NCBI GenBank assembly: GCA_030682795.1
Contig: JAUXNJ010000008.1
Coordinates: 18,753-82,752, forward strand
Length of the DNA stretch: 64,000 nt
Reading direction: 5' to 3'
Origin: Sphingobacteriaceae bacterium
Lineage (GTDB): Bacteria > Bacteroidota > Bacteroidia > UBA7662
Below, one piece after another: positions 57,637 through 64,000 of the stretch (position 1 is its first letter; each line of letters starts with the position of its first letter). The notes beneath the pieces are model-generated. The model ran no database searches, was not told the origin of the DNA, and saw nothing but the letters and a program-made list of their open reading frames with translations. The position numbers and the translations under genes are program-made.

Positions 57637-58059
57637 ATGAGTGATTTGCAATGTCCCGCCTGCAGTTCGCGCGATAAATTTACCAAAAGTGGCGTGGTGC
57701 AAGGGCGACAGCGCCATAAATGCGGCCACTGCGGCTATCACTTTTCGGTACAAAAAGCGGGTAAGCAAATCGACCAGTATTATGTGATCAAAGCCTTGCA
57801 ATTGTACTTAGAAGGCATCAGTTACCGCGAAATCGAACGTTTACTCGGGGTGAGCCACGTTTCGGTGATGAATTGGGTGCGCAAATATGGGGTAAAAGCT
57901 CCGGCACAAACCGACTATCATCCCACCTACAAAGTGCTCAGTCATGCCGAACTTACCGCCTACATGGAAAAGCGAGACAACATCCGCGGATTTGGCATGA
58001 TCATCACCGAGATAGGCGATAAGTTTATGCTCATTAAGTGGGAAAGGTTTAGAGATTAG
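57637..58059 (+). CDS. IS1-family InsA-like zinc-finger/HTH protein, orphan (no DDE transposase partner)
   Basis: CPACSSRDKFTKSG...HKCGHCGYHF is a zinc ribbon, followed by the HTH GISYREIERLLGVSHVSVMNWVRKYG. This matches the InsA architecture. No InsB or DDE ORF follows in any frame. Confidence 0.6.
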   Translation: MSDLQCPACSSRDKFTKSGVVQGRQRHKCGHCGYHFSVQKAGKQIDQYYVIKALQLYLEGISYREIERLLGVSHVSVMNWVRKYGVKAPAQTDYHPTYKVLSHAELTAYMEKRDNIRGFGMIITEIGDKFMLIKWERFRD

Positions 58060-58195
58060 TGGATTATCGGCTTAAATCGATGTAACTATAATCTTTACAA
58101 AAAACTATATACATTTTTTTTCATTGCGATTAATTTCCAAGGTTTGAAACAGCGCAAGGCCTCCTGCAGGCTGGTCGCTTCCTAAAACCGATTGC

Positions 58196-59533
58196 ATGAA
58201 AAAAAGATTGATTATCTGCTTCTTATGGCTTGGTTCTTTGCTGCTACTCGGAGCATTTGAAAGCAGCGCCCAAGGATCTGATGTGTATGGCAAAGGCATC
58301 CGTGTAAATTTGGATGAAAGTGGCCAAAAGCACTTTCGCATCATCAGCTGGCACCAAATGTGGTTGCGTTACAACGAAAACAACAGCGGTTCGATGCGCT
58401 TAGGTAATGAGCGTGAACGCACTACTGATTTTGGCATTCGCCGCTCGCGGATGTTGTTCATCACCCAGCTCAATCCCCGTTTTATGATCCTCACACATTT
58501 TGGTATCAACAACCAAAATGCCATCAGTGGAGGCTATTTGGGCAACGACGGCAAGCGGCCGCAGCTGTATGTACACGATGCCTGGACCGAATACAAGGTG
58601 TATAAAAACTACCTGGATGTAGGCATGGGTCTCCATTATTGGAACGGCATTAGCAGAAGCACCAACGCCAGCACCCTCAACTTTTTAACCCTCGACGCAC
58701 CCATTTTTAACTGGGCCACCATCGAAGCCACCGACCAATTTGCCCGCATGATTGGCCTTTATGCCAAGGGCAAAATCGGCAAACTCGATTACCGGGTGGC
58801 GATTAACGACCCCTTTTTAACCAATACCGCGGGCGTAATTGACTCGGGCAGGGCACAGTATTCGCCACGCAACGACCGCGCTGTTTTTCAGGGCTATTTC
58901 AACTGGCAGTTCCTCGATCAAGAATCTAATTACCTGCCTTTTGCTGTGGGCAGTTACTTGGGTACTAAAAAGGTCTTTAACCTCGGCATGGGCTTTTTAC
59001 AAAACAGCGAAGCCATGTGGTCGAAAAATGCCTTGGGAGATACGGCTTACCACCAGATGCTGCTCCTGAGCGTAGATGCTTTCCTCGACCTGCCGCTCAA
59101 TAAAACCAAAGGCACAGCATTCACCGCCTATGCCGTGTATTACAACTATGATTTTGGTCCCAACCAAGTACGCAACATCGGCATTCTCAATCCCGCCAGC
59201 GGTGGTGGGGCCCTGCGTGGCAATGCCTTCCCACTGCTTGGTACTGGGGATATTTTTTACGCCCAAGCTGGCTATTTGTTGCCCAAAGACTTGCTCAAAG
59301 GTCATGGCAAAATACAACCCTACGCCGCCTATTCTACCGCCATTTTTGAAGGGGTAAAAGATGCAGCTGGGGCCAAAGTGCCAGTAAATGTGCTCGATTT
59401 TGGCGCCAACTGGTACCTCGAAGGGCACCATGCCAAAATCACGATTAACTACCGCCATCGACCCGACTTCACCAATGTAAATGCGCTGAAGTACCGGCCT
59501 GAGATCACCCTCCAAAGTATGATTTACCTTTAA
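58196..59533 (+). CDS. outer-membrane porin-like beta-barrel (phosphate-selective porin O/P-like)
   Basis: Signal peptide, alternating amphipathic beta-strands and a C-terminal aromatic residue. It lies immediately upstream of the symporter pair. Confidence 0.5.
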   Translation: MKKRLIICFLWLGSLLLLGAFESSAQGSDVYGKGIRVNLDESGQKHFRIISWHQMWLRYNENNSGSMRLGNERERTTDFGIRRSRMLFITQLNPRFMILTHFGINNQNAISGGYLGNDGKRPQLYVHDAWTEYKVYKNYLDVGMGLHYWNGISRSTNASTLNFLTLDAPIFNWATIEATDQFARMIGLYAKGKIGKLDYRVAINDPFLTNTAGVIDSGRAQYSPRNDRAVFQGYFNWQFLDQESNYLPFAVGSYLGTKKVFNLGMGFLQNSEAMWSKNALGDTAYHQMLLLSVDAFLDLPLNKTKGTAFTAYAVYYNYDFGPNQVRNIGILNPASGGGALRGNAFPLLGTGDIFYAQAGYLLPKDLLKGHGKIQPYAAYSTAIFEGVKDAAGAKVPVNVLDFGANWYLEGHHAKITINYRHRPDFTNVNALKYRPEITLQSMIYL

Positions 59534-59544
59534 AAACTTCCCTC

Positions 59545-59805
59545 ATGGAAAAAAACAAAAGCATGCAGGCCTATTGGCGCCGCAATTTGCGCTACCTGCT
59601 CATTCTCCTTAGCATTTGGTTTGTGGCCAGTTTTGGCTTCGGCATCTTGCTCGCAGAACCCCTCAATGCCATCAAAATGGGCGGCTTCAAACTCGGTTTT
59701 TGGTTCGCCCAGCAGGGCTCCATTTATGTGTTCGTGATCCTCATTTTTGTGTATGTGCGGTGGATGAACCAGCTCGACAAAGACTTTGATGTAGACGAAA
59801 AATAA
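59545..59805 (+). CDS. Na+/solute symporter small subunit (DUF4212)
   Basis: 86 aa with 2 TM segments. It sits directly upstream of an SSS transporter, the TIGR03647/03648 arrangement. Confidence 0.75.
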   Translation: MEKNKSMQAYWRRNLRYLLILLSIWFVASFGFGILLAEPLNAIKMGGFKLGFWFAQQGSIYVFVILIFVYVRWMNQLDKDFDVDEK

Positions 59806-59823
59806 CCCTCAAATAACAACAAG

Positions 59824-61512
59824 ATGGATTTATTAACCTGGACCTACATCATCGTAGGCATTACCTTCGCGGTATACATCGGCATCGCCATTTGGGCGCG
59901 CGCCGGATCAACAAAAGAGTTTTATGTGGCCGGCGGTGGGGTTTCGCCCTTGGCCAATGGCATGGCCACCGCGGCCGACTGGATGAGCGCGGCTTCGTTT
60001 ATTTCGATGGCCGGTTTGATTGGATTTATGGGCTACGACGGCTCGGTGTATTTGATGGGCTGGACTGGTGGCTATGTGCTGCTGGCTTTGTTGCTGGCAC
60101 CTTACTTGCGCAAATTTGGCAAGTTTACAGTGCCTGATTTCGTTGGAGAACGCTATTATTCTCAAACAGCCCGCTTAGTAGCTGTTGTTTGTGCCATATT
60201 TGTGTCGTTTACTTACGTGGCAGGACAAATGCGTGGGGTTGGTATCGTGTTTTCACGTTATTTGGAGGTTGACATCAATACCGGTGTGGTCATCGGTATG
60301 ATCATCGTGTTGTTCTATGCCGTGCTTGGTGGTATGAAAGGCATCACTTATACCCAGGTGGCGCAGTATTGCGTGCTCATCTTTGCTTATATGGTGCCCG
60401 CCATCTTCATCTCCATGCAGCTCACGGGCAATCCCATTCCCCAGCTCGGCTTTGGCGGCAATGTAAGCGACGGCACCCCGCTGCTCGACAAACTCGACGG
60501 CTTGCTCACCGAATTAGGCTTCAATGCCTACACCAACGGCAGCAAGTCGATGATCGACGTATTTTTCATTACCGCTGCCTTGATGGTGGGTACGGCAGGC
60601 CTGCCGCACGTAATTGTGCGCTTTTTCACGGTTCCCAGGGTGAAAGATGCCCGCAAATCGGCTGGTTACGCTTTGGTGTTCATTGCCATTTTGTACACCA
60701 CCGCACCGGCTATTGGTGCTTTTGGGATGTACAACATGATCAAAAACACCTCTGAAAAGGAAATTGCCAGTCTACCTGCCTGGGTTGACAACTGGAGTAA
60801 GACCGGCTTGATCAAAGTAGAAGACAAAAACGGTGATGGCAAAGTGCAGTATGTGGCCGATCCCGCGGTGAACGAGCTCACCATCGACAAAGACATCATG
60901 GTGTTGGCCAATCCCGAGGTAGCGCAGCTGCCCAATTGGGTGATTGGCTTGGTAGCGGCTGGAGGACTTGCAGCTGCCTTGAGCACAGCTGCTGGTTTGT
61001 TGCTGGTTATTTCTACATCCATTTCCCATGATTTACTCAAGAAGTCGCTGATGCCCAAAATCACCGAGAAGCGTGAACTCTTGGCGGCCCGTTTGGCTGC
61101 TACCGTAGCGGTGGTGATTGCCGGATATTTTGGCATCAATCCCCCTGGCTTTGTAGCGCAGGTAGTGGCTTTTGCCTTCGGATTGGCTGCTGCAAGTTTC
61201 TTCCCCATCATCATCATGGGTATTTTTAGCAAGCGCATGAACAAAGAAGGCGCCATTGCGGGCATGATCATCGGTTTACTATTTACGGCCAGTTACATTG
61301 TGTACTTCAAATTTTTGCACCCCGAATTAAATACTGCCGAAAACTGGTGGTTTGGCATCTCGCCCGAAGGCGTGGGCACCCTTGGCATGCTGGTGAATTT
61401 CGCAGTGTCGATGCTGGTGAGTAGATTTACTCCTGCGCCTCCTGCCAATATCCAGGATTTGATCGAAGACATCCGCATCCCTCGGGGCGCGGGCTCGGCT
61501 CAGGTGCACTAA
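59824..61512 (+). CDS. sodium:solute symporter (SSS family, ActP/VC_2705-like large subunit)
   Basis: 562 aa with about 13 TM segments. The N-terminal block is EFYVAGGGVSPLANGMATAADWMSAASFISMAG. Confidence 0.85.
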   Translation: MDLLTWTYIIVGITFAVYIGIAIWARAGSTKEFYVAGGGVSPLANGMATAADWMSAASFISMAGLIGFMGYDGSVYLMGWTGGYVLLALLLAPYLRKFGKFTVPDFVGERYYSQTARLVAVVCAIFVSFTYVAGQMRGVGIVFSRYLEVDINTGVVIGMIIVLFYAVLGGMKGITYTQVAQYCVLIFAYMVPAIFISMQLTGNPIPQLGFGGNVSDGTPLLDKLDGLLTELGFNAYTNGSKSMIDVFFITAALMVGTAGLPHVIVRFFTVPRVKDARKSAGYALVFIAILYTTAPAIGAFGMYNMIKNTSEKEIASLPAWVDNWSKTGLIKVEDKNGDGKVQYVADPAVNELTIDKDIMVLANPEVAQLPNWVIGLVAAGGLAAALSTAAGLLLVISTSISHDLLKKSLMPKITEKRELLAARLAATVAVVIAGYFGINPPGFVAQVVAFAFGLAAASFFPIIIMGIFSKRMNKEGAIAGMIIGLLFTASYIVYFKFLHPELNTAENWWFGISPEGVGTLGMLVNFAVSMLVSRFTPAPPANIQDLIEDIRIPRGAGSAQVH

Positions 61513-61517
61513 CCCAA

Positions 61518-61730
61518 ATGCGCGAACGGCGAACCATACAACAACTGCTCGGATTACTGGTGTTTTTTGCACTGGCCAGCCAATATCCGCTCCTCAGCAT
61601 CTTCAATAAGAAGGTGCTGGTGGGCGGATTGCCGCTGTTGTATGTGGGCTTGTTTGGACTTTGGTTGCTGTTTATACTCACCATTGGCTGGCTGGTTCGC
61701 CGGCGGCAAAAAAAGGAGGGCGACGCATGA
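61518..61730 (+). CDS. second DUF4212-like small membrane subunit, coupled to sensor kinase
   Basis: 70 aa with 2 TM segments. It aligns with the 59545 ORF (LNAIKMGGFKLGFW vs FNKKVLVGGLPLLYV). Its stop overlaps the kinase ATG (ATGA). Confidence 0.5.
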   Translation: MRERRTIQQLLGLLVFFALASQYPLLSIFNKKVLVGGLPLLYVGLFGLWLLFILTIGWLVRRRQKKEGDA

Positions 61731-64000
61731 GTACCTGGTGGGTGTTGGCCTTTTCGTTTGGTTACCTGGCTTTGCTCTTCGGCATTGCCTTCCAGGCAGA
61801 GCGATATGGACGCAAGGGCAAGAGCTTGGTGGCTAATCCCTACGTTTATGCGCTTTCGCTGGCGGTGTACTGCACGGCCTGGACCTATTACGGTTCAGTA
61901 GGTAGGGCGGCACAAGGAGGCATGCAATTTTTGGCGGTGTATACCGGTGCCAGCCTCATGATTCCGCTGTTTTGGACCGTCCTCCGCAAAATCATACGCG
62001 TTAGCAAGGTGCAGCGCCTCAGCACCATAGCCGACTTTATCAGCGGCCGCTATGGCAAAAATATTTCTTTGGGCATTTTGGTCACGGTGGTGAGTCTTTT
62101 TGGCATCATCCCCTACATTTCTATCCAACTCAAAGCCATCTCCAGCAGTTTTGCGGTGCTCACGGGCACCGATTTGGGCATTCAACAGGGCATTGGCCAT
62201 GACACCGCCTTGTACATTGCCATTGGCTTGGCTGCCTTTACCATTCTTTTCGGCACCCGCACCATAGAAACTACCGAGCGGCACGAGGGCATGGTTACTG
62301 CCATTGCTGTGGAGTCGATTATTAAATTGGTGGCTTTTTTGAGCATTGGCTTATTCGTCACTTTTTCCTTATTCGACGGTCCTGCCGCCATCTTTGAACA
62401 GCTGCTCAACCGGCCTGATTTGGAGCATTTGCTCGTTTTTAACACCGATTTTGCTTATGGGGAATGGTTTTGGGTGAATTTACTGAGTATGGGAGCGGTG
62501 ATTTTGCTGCCGCGACAGTTTCAGGTGGCCGTGGTGGAGAATGTAAACGAAAAGCATTTGAGCAAGGCCATGTGGCTGTTTCCGCTCTACCTTTTCCTCA
62601 TCAATTTATTTGTGTTGCCCATTGCTGCTGGCGGTAGTTTGCTCTTAGGCAAGGCCGTTGATGCCGATACCTACGTGCTGGCTTTGCCCCTTGCGGCCGA
62701 CCGGCCCTGGCTGGCGCTGCTTACGTACATTGGGGGATTTTCGGCGGCAACCAGCATGATCATCGTGTCGACCATCGCCATCAGCACCATGATCAGTAAC
62801 AACCTGCTGATGCCTGTTTTGGTTGGGGTAAAACTGCTGCAGCGGCGCTTGGCAACTCATTTTACGCCTTTTTTGCTGTATTCGCGGCGACTGAGCATTG
62901 TGCTGGTGTTACTGCTGGCCTATGCCTATTACCGTGGGGTAGGCGAGTTTTATTCGCTGGTGTCGATAGGCCTCATCAGTTTTGCGGCTGTGGCGCAATT
63001 TGCACCTGCCATGCTCGGAGGCTTGTACTGGAAGGGCGGCACCCGCATCGGTGCCGTGCTGGGCTTAAGCAGTGGCTTTGTGCTCTGGTTTTATACCCTG
63101 GTGCTGCCTTCCATGGCTGGGGCGGGTTTGTTGCCGCAGTCTTTGTTGCAAGCCGGCTTGTTTGGATGGTCTTGGCTACGGCCCACGGCATTGTTTGGAC
63201 TCGATACCCTCGATTTTTTGTCGCACGGCATGTTTTGGAGCTTAGGTGTGAACCTCCTCGGCTACGTTTTTGGCTCCTTCGCTTGGCCCCAAGGCTCTAA
63301 AGAGCGCAACCAGGCGGAGGTTTTTGTAGATATTTTCCGCTATTCAACCGTCTATGAAAGTTCAATTGTGTGGAAGGGGACAGCTTACATGCCCGACCTG
63401 CGCAGTTTGCTCGAACAGTTTTTGGGTAAGGAGCGCGCAAGACAAGCCTTGGTTGATTTTGAGAAAAAGTATGAAATTGATACCAAGGCCAGTCAGTTGG
63501 CCGATCCCCGTTTGGTGACCTATGCTGAGAAAATTTTGGCAGGCGTCATTGGCACAGGTTCGGCCCGCATCATGGTGGCTTCAGTTGTAAAAGAGGAGGA
63601 AATCAGTCTCGAAGAAGTGGTCAACATTCTGCGCGAATCGCAGCAACTGCTGTTGGTAAACCGGGAGCTGCGCCGCAAATCGGTGGAGCTCAAACGGGCT
63701 ACGCAGCAATTGCAGCTGGCCAACAACAAATTACTGCAGCAGGATGAGCTGAAGGACGAGTTTCTATACACCGTTACCCATGAGTTGCGCACGCCGCTTA
63801 CTTCCATCAGGGCCTTGAGTGAGATTTTACACGACAATCCAGACCTCGATGAAGCGCAGCGCGAGCAATTTCTCTCCACCATCGTTAAAGAAACCGAACG
63901 CCTCACCCGGCTCATCAGTCAGGTACTCGACCTCGAAATGTACGAATCGGGCAAGCAGCAACTCGATTGCAGCTGGTGCAGTGTTGCGGAGCTGGTTGAA
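61727..64000 (+). CDS. sensor histidine kinase with N-terminal SSS-transporter-like input domain (CbrA/CrbS-type), 3' end outside window
   Basis: Open frame of 758 codons running to the window end. The N-terminal 480 aa form a polytopic SSS-like domain (TIADFISGRYGKN vs TVPDFVGERYYSQ in the transporter). The HisKA H-box ELKDEFLYTVTHELRTPLTSI lies at 63740-63800. Confidence 0.8.
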   Translation, partial: MSTWWVLAFSFGYLALLFGIAFQAERYGRKGKSLVANPYVYALSLAVYCTAWTYYGSVGRAAQGGMQFLAVYTGASLMIPLFWTVLRKIIRVSKVQRLSTIADFISGRYGKNISLGILVTVVSLFGIIPYISIQLKAISSSFAVLTGTDLGIQQGIGHDTALYIAIGLAAFTILFGTRTIETTERHEGMVTAIAVESIIKLVAFLSIGLFVTFSLFDGPAAIFEQLLNRPDLEHLLVFNTDFAYGEWFWVNLLSMGAVILLPRQFQVAVVENVNEKHLSKAMWLFPLYLFLINLFVLPIAAGGSLLLGKAVDADTYVLALPLAADRPWLALLTYIGGFSAATSMIIVSTIAISTMISNNLLMPVLVGVKLLQRRLATHFTPFLLYSRRLSIVLVLLLAYAYYRGVGEFYSLVSIGLISFAAVAQFAPAMLGGLYWKGGTRIGAVLGLSSGFVLWFYTLVLPSMAGAGLLPQSLLQAGLFGWSWLRPTALFGLDTLDFLSHGMFWSLGVNLLGYVFGSFAWPQGSKERNQAEVFVDIFRYSTVYESSIVWKGTAYMPDLRSLLEQFLGKERARQALVDFEKKYEIDTKASQLADPRLVTYAEKILAGVIGTGSARIMVASVVKEEEISLEEVVNILRESQQLLLVNRELRRKSVELKRATQQLQLANNKLLQQDELKDEFLYTVTHELRTPLTSIRALSEILHDNPDLDEAQREQFLSTIVKETERLTRLISQVLDLEMYESGKQQLDCSWCSVAELVE

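Noticed and set aside
57519-58195. Complete IS1 element with terminal inverted repeats and target-site duplication
   Set aside because: No DDE ORF or frameshift window, and no IS1-like terminal inverted repeats. Only short imperfect direct motifs remain, so it is reported as an orphan InsA-like gene rather than a mobile element.
61567-61836. 89-aa ORF overlapping the small subunit and kinase start in another frame
   Set aside because: The two in-frame, ATGA-coupled genes with clear TM/homology features explain the region.

Overview
This 64-kb window reads as a chromosomal region from a Bacteroidota genome, probably Cytophagia-like. The evidence is GC around 52%, T9SS C-terminal sorting domains including the CHU_C 'gliding motility-associated C-terminal domain', matches to the TTTG/TAnnTTTG promoter consensus, and near-absence of Shine-Dalgarno sequences. 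The window is densely coding (about 55 genes) and mostly housekeeping. Genes present are queA, iscS-iscA, pdxJ, Rrf2-trmB, rplM-rpsI-rpsB-tsf-pyrH-frr, gpsA, metK, pheS, guaB and a fused E1 alpha/beta dehydrogenase. Envelope genes include a PorV/PorQ-family barrel, an NHL lipoprotein, an O-antigen-ligase-like protein, a TamB-TamA pair, TolC plus a membrane-fusion protein, a TonB receptor, and three T9SS cargo proteins. There are no rRNA or tRNA genes and no CRISPR array. Five points stand out.
- A phased palindrome and direct-repeat array sits just upstream of a 560-aa UvrD-like helicase.
- A Cys-less alkyltransferase-like (ATL) gene is translationally coupled to an AlbA_2/wHTH gene.
- An orphan IS1 InsA-like zinc-finger/HTH gene has its own consensus promoter.
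- A two-subunit Na+/solute symporter is followed by a paralogous small subunit coupled to a symporter-domain histidine kinase.
- metK has a structured leader, and an Ntn-acylase/membrane-protein/CrtY-like operon is divergent from a TonB receptor.
All calls come from reading the translations and sequence. No database search was run.
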